NCBI GenBank assembly: GCA_963796055.1
Contig: CAWCKH010000003.1
Location: 384,001 to 448,000, forward strand
Length of the DNA: 64,000 nucleotides
Reading direction: 5' to 3'
From: an uncultured delta proteobacterium
Lineage (GTDB): Bacteria > Myxococcota > Myxococcia > Myxococcales > Myxococcaceae
Shown: in pieces, positions 1 through 10,368 of the stretch
Numbering within the stretch: the stretch's first letter is position 1
Layout of the letters: each line of letters opens with the position of its first letter
Program-made: the position numbers and the translations under genes
Notes under the pieces: model-generated
Told to the model about the DNA's origin: nothing
The model's input: only the letters and a program-made list of their open reading frames with translations
Database searches by the model: none

Positions 1-1
1 C

Positions 2-1471
2 CACCGTCGCGGTGCGAGCGCCGGCGAGAATGGCCGGCGCCGAGGCCTGGTCGCCGAGGGTGGTCAACCCCTCCACTGCCGCGGCCCGGACGAGGGGATC
101 CAAGTCCTGAAGAAGGGGCCGGAGCGCAACGGTGAGCTCGGGTGCCTTGGCCGCGGGCACGACCCCCGCGGCGGCGGCTCTGACTTGTGGGGAGGCATGG
201 CGGAGCAACGGCGCCAGCGCCTTCTGCACCCGCGCCTCGGGGAGCCGGGGGCTGGTGGCGACCGCCTCCAGCCCGAGCCGCAGCCGCCGGGCCTCCGGCA
301 CCCGGTCGTGGCCGCAGCGGAGCGTCTCGTCCAGCCAGCCCCGCTGCCGGTCCTCGGCCGCGGCCATCCGGCAGTCGAGCCAGGCCGCGGTCGAGGCCAC
401 CCCCTCCACCAGCGCCGTCTCCGCCGCCGAGCTCAGGCTGGTGCGGAGCCGCACCAGCACCCGGCGTGCCGATTCAGGGACGGGCGCCTGGGCGAGCGCC
501 AGGAGCGGGGGGACCGCCTGGGGAAGCGTCGTGCTCCCCAGCCCCGCTGCCAGTGGGTCCAGCTCCCCCAGCGCCTCCGCGGGGGTGCAAGGGCCGGGCT
601 TGCACCGCTCGGCCAGGGTCACCAGACCGCGCACCGCCTCGGCCGCGACGCGGCCGTCGAGATCTCGCAGCAGCACCCTGAGCGCCGCCGTGTCCTCGGG
701 CAGCGCCACGTCGGAGACGCCCTTGGCGGCGATGGCCCGGACCTCCGGGTCGTCGTCGCGCAGCGCTCCGAGCAGCACCGCCCGGCTCGCAGGGGATTTC
801 AGCTGGGCAAGCGCGTACACCCCGGCCCAGCGGTAGGCCGGCAGCAGCGCCCGGCCAAGGCGCTCGAGACCAGGGCGCGCCGCATCGGGCACCGGAGCCT
901 TGGCACGGGCGGCGACGCCCAGGGCGATGGCGGCGCGGACCGGCACCTCGGTGCGGGCGTCGTTCTCGTCCACCCGCTGGCCGGTGGGCACGGCGAGCAG
1001 CAGCGCCAGCCGCTCGAGCGCGGCCGGGGTCCGTACCCGGCCCAGCGCGTCGACCTCGAGAAGCCGGGCCGCGGCGTCCGTCTCCTTCGCCTCGGCATCG
1101 AGGAGCGCCCGGGCGAGCAGCGCGCGCGTCTCGTCGGGCACCGGCTCCCAGGCCAGGGCGAGCTCGCCGGCGGCGAAGGCCGCGGCGCCGCGCACCGACG
1201 GCACCGGGTCGGCCAGGGCCTCGGCGACCTTGGGCGCGGTGGCGAGGTCCTGCACCCGCGCCAGCGCCAGCAGCGCCCGCGCGCGCACCGTGGGGTCGGC
1301 GTGGAGGCGCGCCCGCGAGGTGAGCACCTCGCCCCGCGTGTCCCGGGCGAGCTCGAGCTCGGCGATGCGGGCCCGCTCCACCGCCGCGAAGTCGGTGGAC
1401 GGCTGCTTCGGGGGTGCGGTGGCGCAGCCGACCAGCAATGAGACGAGCACCCCCGAGCGACGGACTCCCAT
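2..1471 (-). CDS. HEAT-repeat lipoprotein; 3' end runs off the window
   Basis: Not in the ORF track because it has no stop in the window. Manual translation from ATG 1471 gives MGVRRSGVLVSLLVGC (lipobox LVGC), then HEAT-like units (ALADPVPSVRGAAAFAAG, ALRDDDPEVRAIAAKG, LLQDLDPLVRAAAVEGL). Confidence 0.8.
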   Translation of the reverse strand, partial: MGVRRSGVLVSLLVGCATAPPKQPSTDFAAVERARIAELELARDTRGEVLTSRARLHADPTVRARALLALARVQDLATAPKVAEALADPVPSVRGAAAFAAGELALAWEPVPDETRALLARALLDAEAKETDAAARLLEVDALGRVRTPAALERLALLLAVPTGQRVDENDARTEVPVRAAIALGVAARAKAPVPDAARPGLERLGRALLPAYRWAGVYALAQLKSPASRAVLLGALRDDDPEVRAIAAKGVSDVALPEDTAALRVLLRDLDGRVAAEAVRGLVTLAERCKPGPCTPAEALGELDPLAAGLGSTTLPQAVPPLLALAQAPVPESARRVLVRLRTSLSSAAETALVEGVASTAAWLDCRMAAAEDRQRGWLDETLRCGHDRVPEARRLRLGLEAVATSPRLPEARVQKALAPLLRHASPQVRAAAAGVVPAAKAPELTVALRPLLQDLDPLVRAAAVEGLTTLGDQASAPAILAGARTATV

Positions 1472-1533
1472 GGGACAGACGTTTGCACGCGGCACGGCCC
1501 GACGTCAGCTTCCTTCGAGGTAGACTCCGTGGA

Positions 1534-4231
1534 GTGGCGGAGCCGGTCCGGGAGAAGGTCGCGGGGGAAACCCCGCTCACGCGGTTTCATCAGCGGTTGC
1601 TGGCAGAGGAGCTGGCGCTCCGGGGAGGACGGGCCACCGACCGGCTCGCCTCCGCGCTGTCCGAGGCGCGGGTCGACCTCAATCCCCACCAGGTGGAGGC
1701 GGCCGCGTTCGCGCTGGAGTCGCTTCCCCGCGGCGGATCCATGCTCGCCGACGAGGTGGGGCTGGGAAAGACCATCGAGGCCGGCATCGTGCTCGCCCAG
1801 CTCGTGGCCGAGGGAAAGGGACGGGTCCTCGTCCTCACCCCCGCGACCTTGCGTGCCCAGTGGCAGGCGGAGCTCCAGGGGAAGTTCGACCTCGATGCGG
1901 TGGTGGTGGACGGCCGCAGCGTCCGGGCGGGGCACAACCCGTTCGACCAGCCGGTCCCGGTCATCTCCAGCCACCCCTTCGCCGCCGGCCGCGCCGAGCT
2001 GGTGCGGCAGCTCCCGTGGGACCTGGTGGTCATCGACGAGGCCCACCGCCTGCGGAACGCCCACCGGGCGGGAAACAAGATCGCCCGGGCGCTCCGGGAT
2101 GCACTGCGGGACCGGCCGAAGCTCCTCCTCACCGCCACCCCGCTGCAGAACGAGCTGATGGAGCTGTTCGGGCTGCTCTCCTTCCTCGACGAGCAGATCC
2201 TCGGCCCCGAGCACGCCTTCAAGAGCCGCTACCCGGTGGACCCCGAGGCGGGCGGCATCCCCGACGGGCCCGCCCAGGAGCTGCGCCAGCGCCTCTCCCC
2301 GGTGGTGCACCGGACCTTGCGCCGTCAGGTCCGCGAGTACGTTCGCTTCACCAACCGCCGGAGCATGGTGGAGGACTTCGCCCCTTCCGAGGAGGAGCAG
2401 TCGCTCTACGACGAGGTGTCGGAGTACCTCCGCCGCGGCGAGGCGGCGGCCATCGCGCCGGGGAAGAAGACCCTTCTCACCCTGGTCTACCGGAAGCTCC
2501 TCGCCTCCTCGAGCTACGCCATCGCTCCCACGCTGCGCCGGCTGGCGGAGAGCCTGCGCCAGCGCATCGAGGCGGCGAGGCGGGGGGCGGAGGAGCTGGG
2601 TCTCTTCGAGCCGGAGGAGGTCAGCGGCTACGCCGAGGAATCCGAGGCCTGGTCCGACGAGCCGGGGCGCCCCATCCTCCCCTCGCTCGCCGCCCTCGAG
2701 GCCGAGGCCTTCGAGCTCGAGCGCTACGCGGCACGTGCCGAGTCCATCCGGGTCAACGCCAAGGGCGAGGCGCTGAAGCGCGCGCTGGATCGGCTCTTCA
2801 CCGTCGCCCGGGCGCACCAGTGGCCAGAGAAGGCGGTGGTCTTCACCGAGTCGCGGCGGACGCAGTGCTATCTCGCAGAGCTGCTCTCCGCGCACGGCTG
2901 GGCGGGGCGCATCTCGCTGCTCTCGGGTGACGCCGGCACGCCCGAGGAGCGGCAGGCGCTGGTGGACGAGTTCCAGGGGCGCACGCAGATCCTCCTCTCC
3001 ACCGAGGCAGGGGCCGAGGGGCTCAACCTCCAGTTCTGCAACCTGGTCGTCAACTACGACCTCCCCTGGAACCCCCAGCGCATCGAGCAGCGCATCGGCC
3101 GCTGCCACCGCTATGGCCAGCAGCGCGACGTGCTGGTCCTCAACTTCCTCAACCGCCGGAACGCCGCCGACGCCCGGCTCTATGAGCTGCTGGAGCGGAA
3201 GCTCCACCTCTTCGACGGCGTGTTCGGCGCCTCGGACGAGATCCTCGGCGCGCTGGAGACCGGGATCGACTTCGAGAAGCGGGTCCTGGACATCTACCAG
3301 TCCTGCCGCTCGACCGAGGAGATCGCCCGCGCCTTCGACGCGCTCCGCGAAGATCTCGGAATCGCGGATCGACGCCCGCATGACGCAGGCCCGCTCGCTG
3401 CTGCTCGAGCGGTTCGACGGGGATGTGCGCCGGCGGTTGCGGATGGCCGGCGAGGAGGCCGAGGCCGCCGTGGACCGGCATCGCCGGAACGCGCGCACCT
3501 TCGCCCGGCAGGTCCTGGGAAAGGACGCCCGCGGGCGGCGGGTGAGCGAGGCCGCCGGCGCGGTGCGCTCCAGCCCCGCCGACGGGGTACACTGGCTGCA
3601 GCTGGACGCCGCCGCGCTGCCGTCCCGGCTGGCCCGCCTCGCCGGTGGTGAGGGCTGGTGGTTCGTCTACCGCTTCGAGGCCACCGGCCTGCTCCCCGAG
3701 GAACGGCTGCTCCACCTGGTCCTGCTCCGCGATCGCGACGGCTTCCGCGCACTGCCGCCCGACGACGCTGCGCTGCTGGCACGGGTGCCGGCGCGCGAGG
3801 GGCAGCTCCGCCCGCCGCCGCCCATCTCGGTCGCCCAGGCCCAGGAGCAGGCGCTGGCCGCCGCGCGGGAGGCGCTCCGCCGCGACGCCGAGCGACGAAA
3901 CCAGCTGGAGCTGGACCGACTCCGCGAGCAGGCCGACCGCTACGCCGAGGACTGTCTGCTGGAGGTCCGCGAGGCGCTGGGGCGGGCACGGACGGGCTGG
4001 GAGGAGGCGCGCGCACGGCTGGCCGGCCTCGAGGACGCGACCGAGCGCGCCCGGGCGCGGGCTGCCATCGAGCGGGCCGAGCGCGACCACCGCCGCCGAC
4101 TCGCAGCGTTGCGGAGCGAGGAGGAGACCCGCTACGGGGTCAAGGACCGCACCCTGGCCGAGCTGGCCACGCGGGCGAAGGTGGTGGACCGCCGCGCACT
4201 GGTCGGCACCGCCTACTTCTGGTTGAGCTGA
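1534..4231 (+). CDS. SNF2-family helicase/ATPase with an apparent +1 frameshift at about 3358
   Basis: Motifs LNPHQ, LADEVGLGKT, DEAH, LTATP, EGLNLQ and WNPQRIEQRIGRCHRYGQ. The C-terminal part continues in another frame to TGA 4231. Confidence 0.85.
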
Positions 4232-4239
4232 GGCCCGGT

Positions 4240-5157
4240 CTACACCTGGATCCGGAGCGCGCCGGGGAGGACCTCGAAGGTCGCCGGCAGCCGGCCGGGC
4301 TGCTCGCCGTCCACGTCGAGCAGGACCTCCTCGTCGCTGGCTGCCTCGAGCCTCCGGCAGCGGAAGGTCCGGGTGCCGGCCCAGCGCACGTGGCTCCCGT
4401 CGTAGACCGAGGCCGATTTCAGGGCGAAGTCCTTCAGGTGGTAGCCGCTCCAGACGGTCACGTCGAGCAGTCCGTCGGAGGGGTCGGCCTCCGGCGCCAC
4501 CCGCATCCCGCCGCCGAAGAACTGGCCGTTGGCGACGGCCAGGGTGGTGATGGCCAGGGACTCCTCGGACCCGCCGTCCACACGGATGCGGACCGCCTGG
4601 TCTCGCCAGCCGAGCAAGATACGCACGCTGGCGACGAAGAAGCTGACCTTCCCCCCGAGGAGCTTCCGGCTCGTGTTGACCGCGCGGTCCACCTGACCGC
4701 TGACTCCGAAGCTGGCGACGTTGACGAAGTAGCGCTCGCCCGGGCTTCCGTCCGGCCGGGTGAAGCGGACCTTGCCCACGTCCAGCGGCCTGACCTCGCC
4801 CTGGAGCCGCGCACAGTGCTCGCGCAACGAGCCGTTCAGGCCGAACGTCCTCCGGAAGTCGCCGCCCGTCCCCCGGGGGACGAGCGCCAGGGAGGCATCG
4901 GGCGGCACGCCGCCTGCGGTCTGGAAGAAGCCGTTCACCACCTCGTTGAGCGTCCCGTCGCCCCCCACCGCGACGATGCGGCGGAAGCCCCGCTCCAGCG
5001 CCTGGGCGGTGAGCGCGGCGGCATGCATCGGGCGCTCGGTGAAGGCGTGCTCGGCGCCGTCTCCGAGCGCCCGCAGCACCTCGGCGCGGATCTCCGGCCA
5101 GCGGCGACCGGTCGCTCCGCCCGCGCTCTCGGGATTCACCACCAGAAAGGTGCGCAT
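4240..5157 (-). CDS. Diacylglycerol/lipid kinase family protein (YegS/BmrU-like)
   Basis: NPESAGG, GGDGTLNEVVNG, PRGTGGDF, FFGGGM and DGE motifs. Confidence 0.9.
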   Translation of the reverse strand: MRTFLVVNPESAGGATGRRWPEIRAEVLRALGDGAEHAFTERPMHAAALTAQALERGFRRIVAVGGDGTLNEVVNGFFQTAGGVPPDASLALVPRGTGGDFRRTFGLNGSLREHCARLQGEVRPLDVGKVRFTRPDGSPGERYFVNVASFGVSGQVDRAVNTSRKLLGGKVSFFVASVRILLGWRDQAVRIRVDGGSEESLAITTLAVANGQFFGGGMRVAPEADPSDGLLDVTVWSGYHLKDFALKSASVYDGSHVRWAGTRTFRCRRLEAASDEEVLLDVDGEQPGRLPATFEVLPGALRIQV

Positions 5158-5286
5158 CGCTGTCTGTGGGCCACTGTGGCACGCCGCCGGACAGGCGCTC
5201 GCAGAAAGTGTGGTTGACGCTGCGCGCCAGCTCCGGCCCCGGGTTTCTTCGGGTCTCGGCTCTCCGCGTTAGCATGCGACTCCAGC

Positions 5287-5721
5287 GTGGAAGCCGGGAA
5301 CGACGAGCGCTGGGTGCTTCTGGCCGAGGACGACGGCGCGCTGCGCTTTCTCCTCGCCTCGGTGCTCCGCAAGGACGGGCACCGGGTGCTGGAGGTTCCG
5401 GACGGCGAGCAGCTGGTCGTGGCCCACGCGGCGCTCCCGCCCGGTCGGAGCGGGCGTACGGTGGTGTTGAGCGATCTGTCGATGCCGGTCCGCAGCGGGC
5501 TCGAGGCGGTGGAGGAAATCCAGCGGCGCGAGCCCGGGCTGGGGGTCATCCTGATGGGCGCCTTCCTCGAGCCGGCGGACGTGCCACGCGCGGCGGCCCT
5601 CGGTGCGGCGTTCCTCACCAAGCCCTTCGAGCTGGCCCGGATGCGGGCGCTGGTCCGGGCCCTGGTGGACGCGCCCGATGCTCGCGCAGCCGATCTGGTC
5701 GACGCGGCGGCGGGTGGGTAG
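5287..5721 (+). CDS. Stand-alone response regulator receiver protein
   Basis: LLAEDD, LSDLSMP (phospho-Asp) and TKPF; no output domain. Confidence 0.8.
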   Translation: MEAGNDERWVLLAEDDGALRFLLASVLRKDGHRVLEVPDGEQLVVAHAALPPGRSGRTVVLSDLSMPVRSGLEAVEEIQRREPGLGVILMGAFLEPADVPRAAALGAAFLTKPFELARMRALVRALVDAPDARAADLVDAAAGG

Positions 5722-5729
5722 CGCGGATT

Positions 5730-7550
5730 TCAGGACTTCGGGGGCGGCACGACGCGGACGTGCACCTCGCGCAGCTGCTGCTCGTCCACCTCGCCCGGGG
5801 CACCGGTCATGCTGTCGGTGCCGGTCTTGGTCTTCGGGAAGGGGATGACTTCGCGGAGTGACTCGGCGCCGGTGAGGAGCATGGCCAGCCGGTCCATGCC
5901 CAGGGCGATGCCCCCGTGTGGCGGGGCCCCGTAGCGGAGCGCGTCGAGGAGGAAGCCGAACTTGTTCCGGGCCTCCTCCTCGCCGATGCCCATCGCCGCG
6001 AACACCTCGGCCTGCACCCGCGGGTCGTGCAGCCGGATGCTACCGCCGCCGATCTCGAAGCCGTTGAGCACCACGTCGTACCGCCAGCACTTCACCCGGC
6101 CCGGGTCGGTGCGGAGGTACTGCACGTCGGCGTCATGCGGCCGGGTGAAGGCGTGGTGGGCGGCCACCCAGGACCGGCGCTCCTCGTCGTACTCGAAGAG
6201 CGGCGGGTCCACGACCCAGAGGAACTCCCAGCGGCCGCCGGAGCCCACCTCGGGGATGAGGCCGAGCTTCTTGGCGACGTGGACCCGGAGGTTGGCCATC
6301 ACCGTGTGGACCAGCGAGGGCCGCCCGAACTGGAAGACGATGAGGTCGCCCGGCCTCGCCCCGCAGGCCTCGTTGATCGCCGCCCGGAGCGCGGGGGAGA
6401 TGGTCTTGGCCAGGGGTGACTGGGTCCACTCGCCGCCCTCCCCCACCTTGGCCCGGGCCAGGCCGCGGGCGCCGGCGCCCTTGGCGAACTCCTCCAGCTT
6501 GTCGGCCTCGGCGCGCGAGAGCGGGTGCGCGGCCGGGATGACCATCGCCTTGACGATGCCTCCCTGCTGCACGGCCTCGAGAAGCATCGGGACGCCGCCC
6601 TCGCCGCCGTGGGCGGTGATGACGTCGGTGAGCACCGCGTGCTCCAGGCCGAAGCGGAGGTCCGGCTTGTCGTTGCCGTACTTCGCCATCGACTCGTCGA
6701 AGGGCATCCGCCGGAACGGGGTGGGGACCTCGACCTCGAGGATCTCCTTCCACAGCCGGGAGATGAGCCGCTCGACGACGGCGAACACGTCGTCCTGGCT
6801 GACGAAGCTCATCTCCAGATCGATCTGGGTGAACTCGGGCTGCCGGTCGAGCCGGAGGTCCTCGTCGCGGAAGCACTTCACGATCTGGAAGTAGCGGTCG
6901 AACCCCGCGACCATGAACAGCTGCTTGTAGAGCTGGGGGCTCTCGGCGAGCGCGTAGAACTTCCCCGGGTTGAGCCGGCTGGGGACGAGGAAGTTCCGGG
7001 CGCCGCCGGGCGTGTACTTCCCCATGTAGGGCGTCTCCAGCTCGAGGAAGCCCTGCTCCACCAGGGTGCTGCGGGTGATGGCGTTCATCCGCGAGCGGGT
7101 GATGAGCGACTGCTGGAGCGGCCGGCGGCGGAGGTCGAGGTAGCGGTGGGTGAGCCGCTTGTCCTCGGCGGTGTCGACCTTGTCCTCGATGGGGAACGGC
7201 GTCGGCTCGCTCCGGTTGAACACGCCGAGGGCGGTGGCCTTCACCTCGATCTCCCCGGTCTTCATCTTGGGGTTCACGTTGGCGCCGCGGCTGGCGACGG
7301 TCCCCTGGACCCCGATGCACCACTCGAGGCGCAAGCTGCCGGCGAGGGCGTGGGCCTCGGGGTCGATGTCCGGCTCGAAGACCACCTGGGTGAGCCCGTG
7401 CCGGTCCCGGAGGTCGATGAACACCGCGCCGCCGTGGTCGCGGCGGTTCTGGACCCAGCCGAAGAGGACCACGTTCTTGCCGACGTCCTCGCCGGTGAGC
7501 TCGCCGCAGGAGTGGGTGCGCTTGACCTGGGTGATGAAGGGAACGGACAT
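5730..7550 (-). CDS. aspS: Aspartate--tRNA ligase, probably non-discriminating (Asp/Asn)
   Basis: RTHSCG, RRDHGG, YFQIVKCFRDEDLR, QPEFTQIDLE and GAPPHGGIALGMDR; start at MSVPF. Confidence 0.95.
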   Translation of the reverse strand: MSVPFITQVKRTHSCGELTGEDVGKNVVLFGWVQNRRDHGGAVFIDLRDRHGLTQVVFEPDIDPEAHALAGSLRLEWCIGVQGTVASRGANVNPKMKTGEIEVKATALGVFNRSEPTPFPIEDKVDTAEDKRLTHRYLDLRRRPLQQSLITRSRMNAITRSTLVEQGFLELETPYMGKYTPGGARNFLVPSRLNPGKFYALAESPQLYKQLFMVAGFDRYFQIVKCFRDEDLRLDRQPEFTQIDLEMSFVSQDDVFAVVERLISRLWKEILEVEVPTPFRRMPFDESMAKYGNDKPDLRFGLEHAVLTDVITAHGGEGGVPMLLEAVQQGGIVKAMVIPAAHPLSRAEADKLEEFAKGAGARGLARAKVGEGGEWTQSPLAKTISPALRAAINEACGARPGDLIVFQFGRPSLVHTVMANLRVHVAKKLGLIPEVGSGGRWEFLWVVDPPLFEYDEERRSWVAAHHAFTRPHDADVQYLRTDPGRVKCWRYDVVLNGFEIGGGSIRLHDPRVQAEVFAAMGIGEEEARNKFGFLLDALRYGAPPHGGIALGMDRLAMLLTGAESLREVIPFPKTKTGTDSMTGAPGEVDEQQLREVHVRVVPPPKS

Positions 7551-7644
7551 GGAGGGGGCGGAACCTAGCGCGCCGCGTGTGTCGCCGCTACGCGTCATGG
7601 AGCCCGGTGAGCTCGAGGGAACGCCCGTCGCTGCGGGCCTCGTC

Positions 7645-9399
7645 TCAGGAGCCGGTCGGAGAGAGGACGGCCGCGTCCGAGGCCCGAAGGTCACGGATGG
7701 TCAGCGAGACCCGGCTCCGGCCGTTCCAGGTCTCGATCGAGGGCCGAAACGCCAGGTCCACCGGGCCGTCCACCTCCGGGAGGCGCGGGCCCAGGCCCCA
7801 GCCGATGGTGTCGAGCGCCGGCGCCTCCGGGAGCACGAGCTTGAGATGCGCCACCCCGCCGTTCTTGGCGGTGACGATGCGAGCCTGGGCCTGCAGCGAC
7901 TCGGCGACGAAGGTGGGCTCCGGGTTGCCGGCGCCGAACGGACCGAGTGCGGAGAGCGCCTCGACCGCGCGCTCGGTGAGCTCGTCGGGCGAGACCACCG
8001 CGTCCACCCGGCAGCGCGGCTCCAGGTCCTCCTCGCGCAGGAGTCGCGCGGCGATGGCCTCGAAGGCGCGGCGGAAGTCGAGGAGTCGCTGCGCCTCGAG
8101 CGTCACACCGGCGGCGTGGCGGTGGCCGCCGAACTTCGTCAGGTGCTCGGCGCACTCCCTGAGCGCCTCGACCAGATGGAAGCCCTCGATGCTGCGGGCG
8201 CTCCCCTTTCCGAGGCCCCCCTGCACGCCGATGACCAGGGTGGGCTTGTGGAAACGCTCGACCACCCGGGCGGCGACGATGCCCACCACCCCCGGATGCC
8301 AGCCTTCCCCCCAGAGGACCAGGCCGCGTGCGCCCTGCCGCTCCTCGGCCTGGGCGATGGCCTCGACCAGCATCCGCCGCTCGATCTCCTGGCGCTCCTT
8401 GTTGGCCCCGTCGAGTCTGGCCGCGAGGTCGCGGGCCTCGGCGAGGCTGCGCGTCCGGAGCAGCTGCAGACCGACGGACGCGTCGTCGAGGCGGCCGGCG
8501 GCGTTGATGCGCGGGCCGAGCCGGAAACCCACCTGCCCAGCGCTCACCGCGCCTTCCGTCTCCAGACCGGCGACTTCCTTGAGCGCGCGAACGCCTGGAC
8601 GGTCCGCCCGGCCCAGCGCCTCCAGACCGTGCTGGACGAGGATGCGGTTGGCCCCGGTGAGCGGCACGACGTCGCAGACCGTGGCCAGCGCGACCAGGTC
8701 CATCAGCGGCTTGAGCGCGGGCTCGGGCCTGCGCTCGAACCAGCCCAGCGTCCGGAGCGAACGGCGGAGCGCCATGATGAGGTTGAAGGCGACACCGGCC
8801 GCGCACAGCGCCTGGGTGGGGTACTCGCAGCCGGGCTGGTGCGGGTTCAGGACCGCGGTGGCCGCGGGCAACGTCTCCGGGACGGTGTGGTGGTCGACGA
8901 TGACCACGTCCATCCCCAGCTCCCTGGCGCGCGCCACCTCGGCCACGCTGGCGATGCCGCAGTCGAGCGAGACCAGCAGCTGCGAGCCCTCGCGGGCGAT
9001 GCGCTCCACGGCGCGGACGTTGAGCCCGTAGCCCTCGTCGATCCGGTGCGGGATGTACGTCTCCGGCGGGGCCCCCACCGCGTCGAGAAACAGCGAGAGG
9101 AGCGCGGTGGAGCACACCCCGTCGACGTCGTAGTCACCGTAGAGGGTGACCTTCTCCTGCTGCACGACGGCCCGGGTCAGGCGCTCGACCGCGGCCGACA
9201 TGCCCTTCATCCGGAACGGGTCCGGGAGGTCCGTCAGCTCGTGCGAGAGAAAGCGCGCGGCGTCCTGGGGGTCGAGCACCCCGCGGGCGACCAGCACCCG
9301 CGCCGCCAGCGGGTCCAGTCCGAGCTCGATGGCCAGACGGCGCGCCGCGCGCCGCTGCGCCTCGACGTCTCGATCTCCACCCGGAAACACCCAGCGCAA
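7645..9399 (-). CDS. recJ: ssDNA-specific exonuclease RecJ
   Basis: GDYDVDG, DCG, DHH, GPRINAAGR, GSARS, FGGH and PFGAGNPEP; TTG start after a GAGGAG SD. Confidence 0.93.
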   Translation of the reverse strand: MRWVFPGGDRDVEAQRRAARRLAIELGLDPLAARVLVARGVLDPQDAARFLSHELTDLPDPFRMKGMSAAVERLTRAVVQQEKVTLYGDYDVDGVCSTALLSLFLDAVGAPPETYIPHRIDEGYGLNVRAVERIAREGSQLLVSLDCGIASVAEVARARELGMDVVIVDHHTVPETLPAATAVLNPHQPGCEYPTQALCAAGVAFNLIMALRRSLRTLGWFERRPEPALKPLMDLVALATVCDVVPLTGANRILVQHGLEALGRADRPGVRALKEVAGLETEGAVSAGQVGFRLGPRINAAGRLDDASVGLQLLRTRSLAEARDLAARLDGANKERQEIERRMLVEAIAQAEERQGARGLVLWGEGWHPGVVGIVAARVVERFHKPTLVIGVQGGLGKGSARSIEGFHLVEALRECAEHLTKFGGHRHAAGVTLEAQRLLDFRRAFEAIAARLLREEDLEPRCRVDAVVSPDELTERAVEALSALGPFGAGNPEPTFVAESLQAQARIVTAKNGGVAHLKLVLPEAPALDTIGWGLGPRLPEVDGPVDLAFRPSIETWNGRSRVSLTIRDLRASDAAVLSPTGS

Positions 9400-9571
9400 C
9401 CCACCGCTCCTCTCGCCCCCAAACACCCGTTGTTGCGAGTGTTCGTACCGGAGTGGTCTGACAGCGGACGACATCCACCCGCGCCGGATCAGCCGGACGA
9501 TCGAAGGACCGGGAGATGCGGGCGCGTGCGTCGCCAGGACGATCAGCCCGGACCTCTTGCCGCAGGCCCGC

Positions 9572-10297
9572 TCAGGCCGGCTGGACGGCACCGATGCGGA
9601 TCCCCAGCGTGACCTCGCCGCGGTAGCCCAGGCCCATCTGTCCCTCGAGCGGGACGAGCAGCTCGCTCTGGCCGCCGTAGATGGGGTCCGTCGCATTCCG
9701 CGTGTCACGCGGCCCGCGCCCGACGTATGGCGCGGTGGCGAGCACCGCGTCCGTCACCGCGTCGTCGAAGAAGAGCTGGGTGCTGACGTCGGTGGTGGGT
9801 TCACCGAACACGTCGAAGAGGCGCACCCGGGTGTGGATGTGCACGGCCCGACCCGCATACCAGCCCGGGAAAACCGTGGAGAAGGTGACCTGCCCCGACG
9901 GGTCCGTGACCTGGTAGCCGCGGAGGAAATCCCGACCACCCGTCCCGCGCTCCGGGACGTCCGAGTAGACGCCCGAGGCGTCGCAGTGCCAGACGTCCAC
10001 CCGGGCGCCACGGACGGGGCGGCACCGGTCCTCGAGCGCGGTGACCACCCGGATCGCGAGCTGGAGCAGGACCCCGGAGCGCGGCTCGGCCTCCGTGCCC
10101 GCCGTGTCCCAGCGCAGATCCGAGCGGTGAAGCGGCGAATCCCGCCAGTACGGGCCGGGGGTCAGCTCGCGGGCCAGCGCACAGGGTGGCGCCTCGGGAG
10201 CGGTCCCGCAGCCGGCCACGAGCAGGACGCCCGCCCGCCCCAGCAGGGCGAGCGCCTCGCGGCGGTCGAGCCCTGACCGTGGACGCCCCGGTGCCAT
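9572..10297 (-). CDS. Intradiol ring-cleavage dioxygenase-like protein with a twin-Arg/lipoprotein signal
   Basis: DRREAL...VAGC, GPY, VDVWHCDASGVYS, FLRGYQ and PGWYAGRAVHIH. Confidence 0.85.
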   Translation of the reverse strand: MAPGRPRSGLDRREALALLGRAGVLLVAGCGTAPEAPPCALARELTPGPYWRDSPLHRSDLRWDTAGTEAEPRSGVLLQLAIRVVTALEDRCRPVRGARVDVWHCDASGVYSDVPERGTGGRDFLRGYQVTDPSGQVTFSTVFPGWYAGRAVHIHTRVRLFDVFGEPTTDVSTQLFFDDAVTDAVLATAPYVGRGPRDTRNATDPIYGGQSELLVPLEGQMGLGYRGEVTLGIRIGAVQPA

Positions 10298-10368
10298 GTC
10301 CCGGAGACACCGGACCCGCGCATCGGTGCGGACGCGACCATGCCGGTTGACATGACCCAGCTGCCGCT

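Noticed and set aside
132..3498. Long alternative-frame and antisense ORFs (e.g. 185-1441, 799-3498, and many similar ones across the window)
   Set aside because: These are Arg/Gly/Pro/Ala-rich shadow ORFs expected in high-GC DNA and they overlap well-supported genes.
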